Shown here in pieces: positions 36,990 through 46,794 of a stretch of DNA of 64,000 bases. A program made the position numbers and the translations under genes. The first letter of the stretch is position 1. Each line of letters starts with the position of its first letter. A model generated the notes under the pieces. It was not told where the DNA came from. It did no database searches and saw only the letters and a program-made list of their open reading frames with translations. The DNA comes from Candidatus Giovannonibacteria bacterium (GTDB lineage Bacteria > Patescibacteriota > Minisyncoccia > UBA11713 > 2-01-FULL-45-33). The stretch covers positions 219,040 to 283,039 of the forward strand of contig CP066687.1 of assembly GCA_016432405.1 (NCBI GenBank), in the 5' to 3' direction.

Positions 36990-37971
36990 GCTTACATTTT
37001 TGCAAATTGGGCTTGGGTCAATGGGTAAGCGGCGGGTGCGCAATCTTTTTGCCAACGGCGAGCAGAATGTTGTCGGCCTTGATTTTTCGGCGGAAAGGAG
37101 AAAAGAAGCGGAAGAAAAATACGGCATTAAAACATTTGATAATTTAAATAAAATTCAGGTTGAAAACATTGATGCGGTGAGCATCTCCACGCCCCCAGAC
37201 AAGCACGGGGATTACATCCGCTGGGCGCTTGCCAATAAAAAACATTTTTTTGTTGAGCTCGCGACGACAGACGACGGTTATGAAGAAATCCGCCGGCTGG
37301 CGGATAAAAATTCGGGCATTGTTATGGCGCCCTCCTGCTCATTTCGTTTTTTTCTCCCGATTAAAATGGTGAAAAAGTTTGTTGACAGCGGGCGCATCGG
37401 GAAAGTTTTGGCTTTTCACCATCATGCGGGCCAATATTTGCCGGAATGGCATCCGTGGGAAGATTACCGCCAAATTTATTTTGCCAAAAAAGAAACCGGC
37501 GCTTTCCGCACGATGTTTTTATTTGAACTTAGCTGGCTGAATTGGCTTTTCGGGCATCAGGCCAACGTCGTCTTCGGTTTTACGGATAAAATTTCGGACC
37601 TGGAGTTGGAAATGGGCGCCAAAGATATTACTTGGGCTTACTTAAAATATCAAAATAAAATTTTAGGCAGTCTGTTGATTGATGTCATTTCGCGCAAGCC
37701 ATTCCGGACGCTGCGTGTTTTGGGAAGCGATGGGGTGCTGGAATGGGAGTGGCTTGAGAATGTTATTAAAATTTACGATGCTAAAACAAAATTAACCGAT
37801 AATATTGATGTTCCGAAAGGCAACTCTGCAACCGGCTATTTGACCGCCGAGGATATGTATAACGACGAAATGAAAGCATTTGTTGACGCTATCTACGGCC
37901 GCGCGCCTTATCCTTATACTTTTGAAGAAGACTTGCGAAATTTACGGACTCTATATAAACTTGAGGAATAA
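36979..37971 (+). CDS. Gfo/Idh/MocA oxidoreductase
   Basis: IGLGSMGKRR, STPPDKH and GQYLPEWHPWEDYR. Confidence 0.85.
   Translation: MADKLTFLQIGLGSMGKRRVRNLFANGEQNVVGLDFSAERRKEAEEKYGIKTFDNLNKIQVENIDAVSISTPPDKHGDYIRWALANKKHFFVELATTDDGYEEIRRLADKNSGIVMAPSCSFRFFLPIKMVKKFVDSGRIGKVLAFHHHAGQYLPEWHPWEDYRQIYFAKKETGAFRTMFLFELSWLNWLFGHQANVVFGFTDKISDLELEMGAKDITWAYLKYQNKILGSLLIDVISRKPFRTLRVLGSDGVLEWEWLENVIKIYDAKTKLTDNIDVPKGNSATGYLTAEDMYNDEMKAFVDAIYGRAPYPYTFEEDLRNLRTLYKLEE
37288..37304. repeat. In-frame short palindrome ATCCGCCGGCTGGCGGA
   Basis: Identical to 36308..36324; read as IRRLAD here. Confidence 0.7.
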
Positions 37972-37973
37972 AT

Positions 37974-38720
37974 ATGAGTACGCAAAACCCGTTTAATAAA
38001 AAAATTGTTCGAGAGCACGATAAGTTATATTTAAGCGAGAATCGCAAACTTAAAGTTAAAGAGAAGTTTAAGTCAATAATACGGATTGCGGATCGTCATT
38101 TGCGGAAACTTACGCGCCCTGAAATATTGGATGTCGGCTGCGCGACCGGCGACTTTCTCCACTATCTGCGCGCGCGCTATCCCAATGCTTCGCTTACCGG
38201 ATTGGATATTATGCCCGCGCTTTTGAAACTGGCAAAACGCGAGGTGCCGCAGGCAAGTTATGTGCGCGGCGATATTTATACGGGAAGAGGACTGCCCAAG
38301 AGTAAATTTGACGCGGTATTTCTTCTGGCCGTGCATAGCATATTTGATGATGTTGGTTCTTGGTTAGATAATTTACTTCGATTGGTAAAACCCAATGGCC
38401 ATATATTTGTCGATGGGCTTTTCAACCCCGAGGATGTTGATGTGGTTATGCGCGTGCGTTATGCAAAGCCGGGTTCGCGCTATCAGCGCGGATGGAATAT
38501 GTTTTCGCAGAAAACAGTGCTTGAACATTTGCGCAAACGAGGCGCGAAGGGCGCCTTTCATCGCTTCGTTATAGGAATCGATATCCCGCGGCATAAGGAC
38601 GACCCCCTGCGATCATGGACTTTTAAGCTTGAAAACGGCGAACGCGCTATCATCAACGGAACGCAAATACTCCACCAGTTCTACTTTTTAGAAATTACTC
38701 TCGGCAAAAATGATTCTTAA
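37974..38720 (+). CDS. Class I SAM methyltransferase
   Basis: ILDVGCATG, TGLDI and LVKPNG. Confidence 0.8.
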   Translation: MSTQNPFNKKIVREHDKLYLSENRKLKVKEKFKSIIRIADRHLRKLTRPEILDVGCATGDFLHYLRARYPNASLTGLDIMPALLKLAKREVPQASYVRGDIYTGRGLPKSKFDAVFLLAVHSIFDDVGSWLDNLLRLVKPNGHIFVDGLFNPEDVDVVMRVRYAKPGSRYQRGWNMFSQKTVLEHLRKRGAKGAFHRFVIGIDIPRHKDDPLRSWTFKLENGERAIINGTQILHQFYFLEITLGKNDS

Positions 38721-39942
38721 TAAAGGCAGGATTAAGAAAACAGAAAGTGAGACCCTCAAAACTTTTCGGGAAGAAATTCCTTCGCAATACTTTTCCCATA
38801 AAAACGAAGCCGCGTACAGGGATTATGTAAAGAACGCCGAATTTGTTTATAGAGAGCTGTTCAAATTCCCTCCGCAAATGTTTCGCGGCGCGGAACTTAT
38901 AGACTTCGGGGCGGGAACGGGGGAAAACACCGTGTATCTTGCAAGCTGGGGCGCCAAGTGCACGCTTGTTGAAATGAATTCCAAAGCGCAGAGCATCTCA
39001 AAAGAGGTGTTTAAACAATACGCGCGGAATTTTGACGACCATACTTTTATTTGTTCATCGATTTTTGATTATAGCCCGGAGAGCGGCAAGCTGTATGACA
39101 TTGTTCATTGCAGGGCCGTGCTCTCGCACACCGCAGCAAAGGAAATTGCTTTCCAAAAAATCGCGAGGATGGTCAAACCGGGCGGATTTCTGATTTTCGG
39201 AGACCCAAATAAGGCCGGGGGATTCCAGAATATGCTGCAGCGCTTCGCTGTCTATCATTTTGCTTCAACGCCCGACGAAATGGTAGAGGTTTGCGAATTT
39301 CTTTTTAAAGAAGACATTGACCGCAGTGAGAAGTTTATTCCTCGCACGCGCCGCGCCATCATTTTTGACAGATGGGTAATTCAATCCCAGGACGACCCTT
39401 CTGTTGCGGAAGTTACTGGCTGGATAAAGAAGAGCGGCATGCGTTTATATTCGTCATACCCCTCGTTCACGATGCCCCTTTTGGGGGACTCGCTGCATCA
39501 CCAGCCAAAGTTTGATGCTGCATCTGTATCTAATCTTGCTAGTCTTGGCGCGCTTACCGAACTGGTTTGGATGCTGCAGACAGAATCGGATAGCAAGGTC
39601 TTTCCCAAATTCATGAGCGGGCTGAATCCGCTTGCGGCGGCGCTTGCGAATCTTACATCATATGTGGCGAACTTCAATAAAAATACAAAGCTCGATGTTG
39701 GCCGTTTTCAAGAATTATCGCGCGCGCTGGCAAATTCTTCCGACGCGCTGAATTTTCTCCAGCCCCTTCGCGAGAAGCTTCTGCGAGCTCTTGGGGAAGC
39801 CGACGAGTTTGTTAGTTTGGTTCATACATCCGACTTAAATAAACTGCGCAAGTTTATAGAAAAAACAGAGGTTCTTTTTAAGGGCGCTTGCGGCTTGCGC
39901 CATGCGGATTTCATCGCTTACAAACCAATAGAGAATCGTTAA
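38710..39942 (+). CDS. Class I SAM methyltransferase with C-terminal helical extension
   Basis: LIDFGAGTGE, AVLSHT and MVKPGG. Confidence 0.75.
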   Translation: MILNKGRIKKTESETLKTFREEIPSQYFSHKNEAAYRDYVKNAEFVYRELFKFPPQMFRGAELIDFGAGTGENTVYLASWGAKCTLVEMNSKAQSISKEVFKQYARNFDDHTFICSSIFDYSPESGKLYDIVHCRAVLSHTAAKEIAFQKIARMVKPGGFLIFGDPNKAGGFQNMLQRFAVYHFASTPDEMVEVCEFLFKEDIDRSEKFIPRTRRAIIFDRWVIQSQDDPSVAEVTGWIKKSGMRLYSSYPSFTMPLLGDSLHHQPKFDAASVSNLASLGALTELVWMLQTESDSKVFPKFMSGLNPLAAALANLTSYVANFNKNTKLDVGRFQELSRALANSSDALNFLQPLREKLLRALGEADEFVSLVHTSDLNKLRKFIEKTEVLFKGACGLRHADFIAYKPIENR

Positions 39943-39950
39943 AAAACAAT

Positions 39951-41084
39951 ATGAAAATCAACAGTCATAACGAATGGGACAAACTTCGGGAGATTATTGT
40001 TGGCCGCGGCGAAGGCCAGGCGCCACTTTTGTTTACAGAGCCCGGCCCGATTTCGGAGACTCTTTTGGAAAAAGCCAATCGTTTGGCGCGCGAAGCCTCG
40101 CCCAAATGGCTAATTGACGAAATAAATGAAGATTTAGAGGGATTAAGCGACGCGCTTAAATCCTTCGGCGTTAAGGTACATCGGCCGGAGACGTCGCATA
40201 TAAATAATTTCTTTGCAACGCCTTACTTCCGGGCGGCCGGAGATTATTGCTACAACATGAGAGACCTTCATCTTGTTGTTGGAAATACTGTTATTGAATC
40301 TCCATCTCAAGAAAAACATAGATATTTTGAGGCATCTGGTCTCTATGATATTTGGTATGAATATTTCAAAGAAGGATTTCGCTGGATTGCCGGGCCGAAG
40401 CCGAAACTTGCCGGCAATCCCATGATTACTTATTATGATGGCGAAAAAGATGAGTACGAAGACGGGCAGAAATTTATAAAATTAACCGAAAATGAAATTC
40501 TTTTTGAGGCAGCCAATACCGTGAGAATGGGCAAAGACTTGCTTTATCTGGTATCCAGATCAGGCAATAATCTTGGCGCAAAATGGTTGCAGAGCGTATT
40601 GGGTGATGAATATCGCGTGCACACTACTGAAAAAATTTACCGCTCCAGCCATATTGACTCAACTGTTTTGGCTTTGCGTCCTGGTCTTGTTTTGCTTAAT
40701 GCGACAAGGGTGTCGCCGGAGACTTGCCCTCCGATTTTAGATTCGTGGGAGAAAATTTATTTTACTGATATTGTTCCGGCGCCGGAGTCAACTGTAAAAT
40801 TTCACAAAGAGGTTCGTAAAAAGGTTCATGCCGAGCTTGCGTCTTTGGGCGTTCAATCAAGCCTTGATTCTATAGCATCGGATTGGATTGGCATGAATAT
40901 TCTTTCGGTGGATCCAAGCACCGTAATCGTTGACGAGCGGCAGGTTTCTTTAATCAATCTTTTAAAAAAACACAAAATTACTCCGGTCCCAATCCGCTTC
41001 AGACATTCTTATTACATGGGCGGCATCCATTGCAGCACACTGGACACGGTCAGAGAAAGCAAGCTGGAGAGCTATTTCAGTTAA
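39951..41084 (+). CDS. Amidinotransferase (glycine / inosamine-phosphate amidinotransferase family)
   Basis: INSHNEWDKLREIIVG, MRDLHLVVG, FEAAN, SGNNLGAKWL, HIDST and terminal GGIHCSTLD with catalytic His and Cys. Start ATG 39951. Confidence 0.88.
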   Translation: MKINSHNEWDKLREIIVGRGEGQAPLLFTEPGPISETLLEKANRLAREASPKWLIDEINEDLEGLSDALKSFGVKVHRPETSHINNFFATPYFRAAGDYCYNMRDLHLVVGNTVIESPSQEKHRYFEASGLYDIWYEYFKEGFRWIAGPKPKLAGNPMITYYDGEKDEYEDGQKFIKLTENEILFEAANTVRMGKDLLYLVSRSGNNLGAKWLQSVLGDEYRVHTTEKIYRSSHIDSTVLALRPGLVLLNATRVSPETCPPILDSWEKIYFTDIVPAPESTVKFHKEVRKKVHAELASLGVQSSLDSIASDWIGMNILSVDPSTVIVDERQVSLINLLKKHKITPVPIRFRHSYYMGGIHCSTLDTVRESKLESYFS

Positions 41085-41089
41085 AATCT

Positions 41090-42034
41090 ATGGCATATCC
41101 AAAAAAAATTCCGCACGGGATTATGTTTCATCACTTTTATAATGAAGCGCATCCCCGGGGGCAGGGCGCCATTTCCGCCGACGATTTAGACAACATATTA
41201 CGCTATGTTGGCATTGAAAGAATTTTGCCGCCGCTTGAGTGGTTAAAACGATTGAAAGAAAGCAAATTAAAAGACGGGGATGTTTGCCTGACTTTTGATG
41301 ACGCCCTTTTATGCCAGACGGAAATCGCCTTGCCTGTTTTAGAGAAATACGGTCTTAGGGCTTTTTGGTTTGTTTACTCCGGCGTTTTTGAAGGAAGACT
41401 GGAGAATCTGGAGCTCTACAGATTTTTCCGGGTAAAACATTTTGATAACATAGATGATTTTTATCAATTATTTTTAAAAAAAGTTTCTGATTTGGGAATG
41501 ACTGTACAAGTAAATTCGGAGTTTGAAAAAAAGATGCTGGCGGACTTCCCGTTTTACTCCGTAAATGACGTCCGATTTCGTTTTTTGCGCGACAAAGTGT
41601 TGGGAAAAGAGGATTACGAAAAAATAATGAATACTATGTTAAAAGATTATGGCTTGGACAAAAAAGAAATGTCGAAAAGTTTATGGATGTCGAACAGAAA
41701 TTTAAAATATCTTAGCGATAACGGACATATTGTTGGATTGCATTCTTATTCTCATCCCACATCATTTGCGGATTTGCCTTTTAAAGCGCAACTTGACGAG
41801 TATAAAAAAAATTACTCGCACATAAAACGAGTCACCGGCCAAAACCCGGTTGCCGTAGCGCATCCGGTGAATTCCTACAACGCGGACACGCTGAAGATTT
41901 TGGAAGAGCTAGGCATTATTTGCGGTTTTCGTTCAAATATGTTTCCAAAAACAAAAATGGGGGCGCTTAACGCCAACGCTTTTGAAATGGCCAGAGAAGA
42001 CCACGCCAATATTGCAAGGATGATGGAAACGTGA
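41090..42034 (+). CDS. Polysaccharide deacetylase (NodB-like)
   Basis: IMFHHF, LTFDDAL and GLHSYSHP. Start ATG 41090. Confidence 0.82.
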   Translation: MAYPKKIPHGIMFHHFYNEAHPRGQGAISADDLDNILRYVGIERILPPLEWLKRLKESKLKDGDVCLTFDDALLCQTEIALPVLEKYGLRAFWFVYSGVFEGRLENLELYRFFRVKHFDNIDDFYQLFLKKVSDLGMTVQVNSEFEKKMLADFPFYSVNDVRFRFLRDKVLGKEDYEKIMNTMLKDYGLDKKEMSKSLWMSNRNLKYLSDNGHIVGLHSYSHPTSFADLPFKAQLDEYKKNYSHIKRVTGQNPVAVAHPVNSYNADTLKILEELGIICGFRSNMFPKTKMGALNANAFEMAREDHANIARMMET

Positions 42035-42071
42035 TAAGGTTCCGAAAGATTACATAAGAGGAGGTGAGGCG

Positions 42072-43256
42072 ATGTCTGAAGCCAAGATATGGATTTTGGA
42101 GAGGGGAGCAAAAAATGTTCTCTTGGCGTGTGGAAATCCGGGCGCTTATTCTGTCGTCGGTCCGTTGGTCGCCGCGCTAAAAGAAGACGCGCTCTGCGAG
42201 ACAATTATTGTTCTGACCTCGGGTTTTTCCAACAATGCGTTTGCCGAACAATTCGGAAAAGATTTTGTTCTGGTCGCCGGGCATAAGCTGGTTTTGGCGG
42301 ATTTGCTTGATCTTGCGGGACGAAAATGCATTGATATTGTTTTCGGAACGCTTAATGCCTTTAATAGTCCGGACGGCGTTGTGCTTTTTGGAGGAAAAAG
42401 TGTTCTTGGGGCTAAAAAGATATTTCTAGTTCTTGAGAGCTGGGGACAGCGGTTTAATCCGATTTTCGCGCCAAACAAGAAAAGAATGGACGAGATAAAC
42501 GGTATTTTTGTAAATGATGAGCTGGCTAAGGCGATTTTCGTTGAGAGCTGCGGTTTCCCGGAAGAAAAAATTTTTGCTACAGGCACGCCGAATTTAGATT
42601 CATTGGATGTGGCGAAAGCTGATAGTCACCGCAAAATGGCGCGAAACGAATGGGGCGTTAGCGAGGGCGATATTGTTATTTTGTACATCGGCGGCATCTC
42701 CAGCGAACTCCGCGATTGGTATGGTGCTAGGGAATATCTTGACGAAATTTCTTTTCGGATTTTGACGGACGAAGTTCAAAGCATTGCCCTGCATTTTCCC
42801 GAGAAGAATTTTGTTCTGGTCTTGCGGCCGCATCCCAGAGATTTGCAAAGAGAAGCCAAGCGCGCTTTGATTAGAAGCGCCGGCGTTTCAAAGAATTTAA
42901 TTTTCAAATCCGGCGGGCCTCCTTTTACCATAAACGACGCCGCTTACGGGGCTGACGTGATCTGCGGCATTATAAGTACGGAGAATTTTCTAGCGCCGCT
43001 TCGCGGCAGAAAAGCGATTTTCCTCGGCCTTAAAGGCAAAAACATGGGTTGGGAGACGTTGGAAGAAGTTTATGGAAAGCCGGGGATTGAGGCGATTGCC
43101 AAAATTTCGCCGGATGTCAAAATAGCCGATTCGCCGGAAAGTTTGGAGGATATTTTGGCCGATTTTGTGACGCGGCCGCGGACCAAGCCGCGCCTTGCTC
43201 CGGATTTTAAATCGGCAAAAAAGATTTTAGATATGGCTTTAGCGCAGGCGCAGTAA
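42072..43256 (+). CDS. GT-B-fold-like protein of glycan biosynthesis, function unknown
   Basis: ATGTPNLD, LRPHPRD and ADVICGIIST resemble TagB/KpsS-type C-terminal motifs; GAGGAGGTGA SD. Confidence 0.5.
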   Translation: MSEAKIWILERGAKNVLLACGNPGAYSVVGPLVAALKEDALCETIIVLTSGFSNNAFAEQFGKDFVLVAGHKLVLADLLDLAGRKCIDIVFGTLNAFNSPDGVVLFGGKSVLGAKKIFLVLESWGQRFNPIFAPNKKRMDEINGIFVNDELAKAIFVESCGFPEEKIFATGTPNLDSLDVAKADSHRKMARNEWGVSEGDIVILYIGGISSELRDWYGAREYLDEISFRILTDEVQSIALHFPEKNFVLVLRPHPRDLQREAKRALIRSAGVSKNLIFKSGGPPFTINDAAYGADVICGIISTENFLAPLRGRKAIFLGLKGKNMGWETLEEVYGKPGIEAIAKISPDVKIADSPESLEDILADFVTRPRTKPRLAPDFKSAKKILDMALAQAQ

Positions 43257-43274
43257 CTCATTACTGCGCTCTTT

Positions 43275-44069
43275 TTATCCAATATACGGATTTAGAAATT
43301 TTGAGAAGTCGCGATTTTTTAATTTTCCCAAAACCGTTTCCGGCGCGGGCAAATTATCCAGATAATCTCGCGCCACCTCATCGGTGAAATCCGCGCCTCT
43401 AGTGTATTTTATCTGCAAAGATTTATCCTGCGGCACCGGCGTCATTTTATCAATCTTGCCGTTTTTGATGTTTTCAATTAAACCTTTGTGGGCGGCTTTT
43501 ACCGCTCTCATGCCTAGCAGGAGTGGGTCGCCGATCGGCTCGGGGAACGCGTGAAAAAGCATATCGCCGGAATCCAAACCGCGGCTTAAAAGATGAATTG
43601 TTGCGCCAACATAATCAAAGTTTCCATGATAGGCCGCCCAAAAATTGCAGGAATTCCCGCGGTAATAAGGCGAGGTTCCAATATGGATGTTGTACGTTCT
43701 ATTCTTGACCAAAAACTCAACCAGCGGGCCTTTTATATAGCTTGAGCCAAAGACAATGTATTTATCCGATTTTAAGGCATCCGACAAAGTCTCCATGTTC
43801 AGCATGCTTAAATCGCCGGCTTTTATTGACAGCACCCGCACATTTTTAGGCAGAAATCTTGGCGCGCCGAAAATTTGCCTCTCCGGTTCAATAACCGCGC
43901 TCTTAAAATATTTCTGCATTATTTCCGTTTTGTTGTAAAAATCAGCCACCTCGCCGGTGAAAACGGTAAAGGATTCTATTACCGCGTAAACCTCCTCGGC
44001 AATTTTGGACAAATCTTCTATTAAAGAGATGTGGCGCGCCTGATTGCTTGTGAATATGGTTATTTTCAT
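43275..44069 (-). CDS. Formyltransferase-family protein
   Basis: NIHIGTSPYYRG.SCNFWA and GATIHLLSRGLDSGD (N10-formyl-THF-binding motifs). Confidence 0.8.
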   Translation of the reverse strand: MKITIFTSNQARHISLIEDLSKIAEEVYAVIESFTVFTGEVADFYNKTEIMQKYFKSAVIEPERQIFGAPRFLPKNVRVLSIKAGDLSMLNMETLSDALKSDKYIVFGSSYIKGPLVEFLVKNRTYNIHIGTSPYYRGNSCNFWAAYHGNFDYVGATIHLLSRGLDSGDMLFHAFPEPIGDPLLLGMRAVKAAHKGLIENIKNGKIDKMTPVPQDKSLQIKYTRGADFTDEVARDYLDNLPAPETVLGKLKNRDFSKFLNPYIG

Positions 44070-44128
44070 TTCTCAATTATTATAAATGCGCAGAAAACTT
44101 AATGCAAGCGCCGTTTGTTTAAATATTA

Positions 44129-45271
44129 ATGAGGGAAATCGCTTATGTTTCGGGAACGCGGGCGGATTTTGGGCTGATGGCGCCGGTTTTGCGCGCTGTG
44201 CAAAAAAGCAAAAAACTGAAACTCCAGCTTTATATAACCGGCATGCATCTTATGCCTCGGTTCGGCAAAACCATAAATGAGGTGAGGAAATTTTTTCCAG
44301 CCGCCAAACACATTGACGCCGTTTTTGAAACGGATGATAGATTTGGCATGGCGCGGTTTGCCGGAGAATTTTTAAAAAAAGTCGCGGCGGTTTTTGAAAA
44401 ACAGAGGCCGGATACAGTTTTAATTTTGGGAGACCGGATTGAGATGCTGCTTACGGCCGCCGCCGCGCTTTATCTCGGCGTTCCCGTCGCACACATCCAC
44501 GGAGGCGAAAAAACTTTTACTTTGGACGAAGTCGCGCGGCACGCGATTACGAAAATGGCGCACATCCATTTCGCGGCCACAAAAGAATCTGCTGAAAGAA
44601 TTAGAAAGATGGGGGAGGAGGCGCGGAGAATCCATGTTGTCGGCGCGCCGGCGCTTGATGTAATTTTAAATGAAAAATTGCCGACTCGGGCGGAACTTTT
44701 TCAAAAACTGGGGATTAATCCTGAAGAGAAAGTTATTTTGCTAACCCAGCACCCTGTTAGCGAGGAGTTTAATGACGCCGGCAGGCAGATAAAAGAAACT
44801 CTGGCCGCGGTGAAATCTTTCGGGTTGCCCGTTGTGGCTATTTACCCGAATGCCGACCCCGGCGGAAGAGAAATTATTAAAGCCATTGAGAAAGAAAGGA
44901 AAAACCCGCTATTCAGGATATTCAAAAGCTTGGGGCATAAAGATTTTTTGGCGCTGGAGCGGGAAGCCGCGGTCTGGGTTGGGAATTCCAGCGCCGCGAT
45001 GATTGAATCCTCGTCTTTTAAGACGCCGTGCGTGAACGTAGGCGCGCGCCAATTGGGCCGCCGGCGCGGGGGAAACGTGATAGACGTCGGCTACAGCCGC
45101 TCTGAAATTAAAAAAGCAATAAAAAAGTCCTTGTACGATAAAAAATATCTGGTCCGGCTGAAAAAAATAAAAAATCCGTGGGGCGACGGCAAAACCGGCC
45201 CTCGTATTGCCAAGATTTTGGAGGATTTGGAAATCAACCGGAAATTATTGACTAAGCAAATCACTTATTAA
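44129..45271 (+). CDS. neuC: UDP-N-acetylglucosamine 2-epimerase, hydrolysing
   Basis: SGTRADFGL, TGMHL, LGDRIE, HIHGGE, RHAITK, QHPV, GNSS and PWGDG. Confidence 0.92.
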   Translation: MREIAYVSGTRADFGLMAPVLRAVQKSKKLKLQLYITGMHLMPRFGKTINEVRKFFPAAKHIDAVFETDDRFGMARFAGEFLKKVAAVFEKQRPDTVLILGDRIEMLLTAAAALYLGVPVAHIHGGEKTFTLDEVARHAITKMAHIHFAATKESAERIRKMGEEARRIHVVGAPALDVILNEKLPTRAELFQKLGINPEEKVILLTQHPVSEEFNDAGRQIKETLAAVKSFGLPVVAIYPNADPGGREIIKAIEKERKNPLFRIFKSLGHKDFLALEREAAVWVGNSSAAMIESSSFKTPCVNVGARQLGRRRGGNVIDVGYSRSEIKKAIKKSLYDKKYLVRLKKIKNPWGDGKTGPRIAKILEDLEINRKLLTKQITY

Positions 45272-45273
45272 AA

Positions 45274-46335
45274 ATGAACGGCTTGATTATCAGCGGCTAC
45301 GAAGTAAATTACGGCAATCCGCCGTTTATTATTGCTGAAGCGGGGGTTAATCATAACGGCGATTTTGATTTGGCGCTGAAACTAATTGACGCCGCGTCAA
45401 ACGCGGGAGCTGACGCGGTGAAATTCCAGACATTCCGTGCCGAGCAGGTTGTGACCGGAGCGGGCAAGATGGCCGATTATCAGAAAAAGAACATTGGCGC
45501 CGAAGAAAGCCAGCTGGAGATGTTAAGGAAATTGGAATTAAAAGAAGACTGGTATCCCGCATTGATCAAGCGCGCCAAAGAAAAAGGAATAATTTTTCTT
45601 TCTACGCCGCACGGCGGCTTCCAATCGGTTGATTTGTTGGAGTCCTACGATGTGCCGGCTTTTAAGTTCGGCTCGGGAGACCTTGCGAACACTCCGCTTT
45701 TGGAATACGCGGCGCGCCTCGGCAAGCCGATGCTTATATCAACGGGCATGTCTAATCTGGAAGATGTAAAAGAAGCAGTTGATGCGATAAAAAAAGCCGG
45801 CAACGACCAGATTTTGGTTTTTCATTGCACAACTGATTATCCCTTATCGTCAGAAGATGTTAATCTGCGCGCAATGCAGACATTGATGAAAGAGCTCGGC
45901 GGGCTTGTGGGGTATTCCGACCACACCGTGGGGCCGCAAGCAGCCATCGCGGCAGTTGCTCTTGGCGCCTGTATGATAGAAAAGCATTTTACTTTGGATA
46001 GAAAAATGAAAGGGCCGGATCACATTGCTTCCACCGAACCAAAAGAATTTCAAGAAATGGTTGCAATGTTAAAACAGGTGCCGCTAATGATGGGCAGTGG
46101 CGTAAAAGAGCTTCTTCCTGCCGAGCGCCAATACGTGACCGTGGCGAGAAAAAGCATTGTTGCCGCCTGCGACATTAAAAAAGGCGAAAAATTCACTCGC
46201 GAAAATCTGGATATCCGCCGCCCCGGCACCGGAATGCCGCCAAAATACTTAAATCAAATCATCGGCAAGACGGCCAAGTCAGGCATTCCAGCCGAAACCT
46301 TGATTAGCGAGGAAATGTTTTCTAATCAGGGTTAG
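45274..46335 (+). CDS. neuB: Nonulosonic acid (N-acetylneuraminate/legionaminate) synthase
   Basis: IIAEAGVNHNG, AVKFQTF, STGMS, HCTTDYP, GYSDHT, IEKHFTLD and a C-terminal SAF domain RPGTG. Confidence 0.93.
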   Translation: MNGLIISGYEVNYGNPPFIIAEAGVNHNGDFDLALKLIDAASNAGADAVKFQTFRAEQVVTGAGKMADYQKKNIGAEESQLEMLRKLELKEDWYPALIKRAKEKGIIFLSTPHGGFQSVDLLESYDVPAFKFGSGDLANTPLLEYAARLGKPMLISTGMSNLEDVKEAVDAIKKAGNDQILVFHCTTDYPLSSEDVNLRAMQTLMKELGGLVGYSDHTVGPQAAIAAVALGACMIEKHFTLDRKMKGPDHIASTEPKEFQEMVAMLKQVPLMMGSGVKELLPAERQYVTVARKSIVAACDIKKGEKFTRENLDIRRPGTGMPPKYLNQIIGKTAKSGIPAETLISEEMFSNQG

Positions 46336-46349
46336 TTAAGGAGGACGAT

Positions 46350-46772
46350 ATGTCTAGAACTAAAGCAAGATTCAAAAATTGGAGAGTGCCGAGAATTCGG
46401 CACGGTAAGCCGACAAAATATAATTGGGTGGTCTTGCGGCCGGAAGGATTAAAACTCGGCAAAAATACGGACATCGGCGCTTATACTTTGATTGCGGCCC
46501 ACTATGGCGTGGAAATAGAGGACGACGTGCAGGTTGGCTCGCACTGCTCGCTTTACTCGTATTCCACGATTGACAATAAAAAGGGGAAAGTGGTGCTCAA
46601 GACAAATTGCCGCATCGGCACGCATAGCTCCGTGATGCCCGGAATTACAATTGGCGAAAACACCATCGTCGGCGCGCATAGTTTTGTAAATAAGAGTTTG
46701 CCGCCCAATGTAATTGCCGTCGGTGTTCCCGCAAGGGTTTTGAGAAAATTGTCCAAGAAACCCCGAGCGTAG
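46350..46772 (+). CDS. Hexapeptide acyltransferase
   Basis: IEDDVQVGSH, IGTHSSVMPGITIGENTIVGAHS and GVPAR; AAGGAGG SD. Confidence 0.82.
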   Translation: MSRTKARFKNWRVPRIRHGKPTKYNWVVLRPEGLKLGKNTDIGAYTLIAAHYGVEIEDDVQVGSHCSLYSYSTIDNKKGKVVLKTNCRIGTHSSVMPGITIGENTIVGAHSFVNKSLPPNVIAVGVPARVLRKLSKKPRA

Positions 46773-46794
46773 TCTGGGGGTTTTATATTTGATC

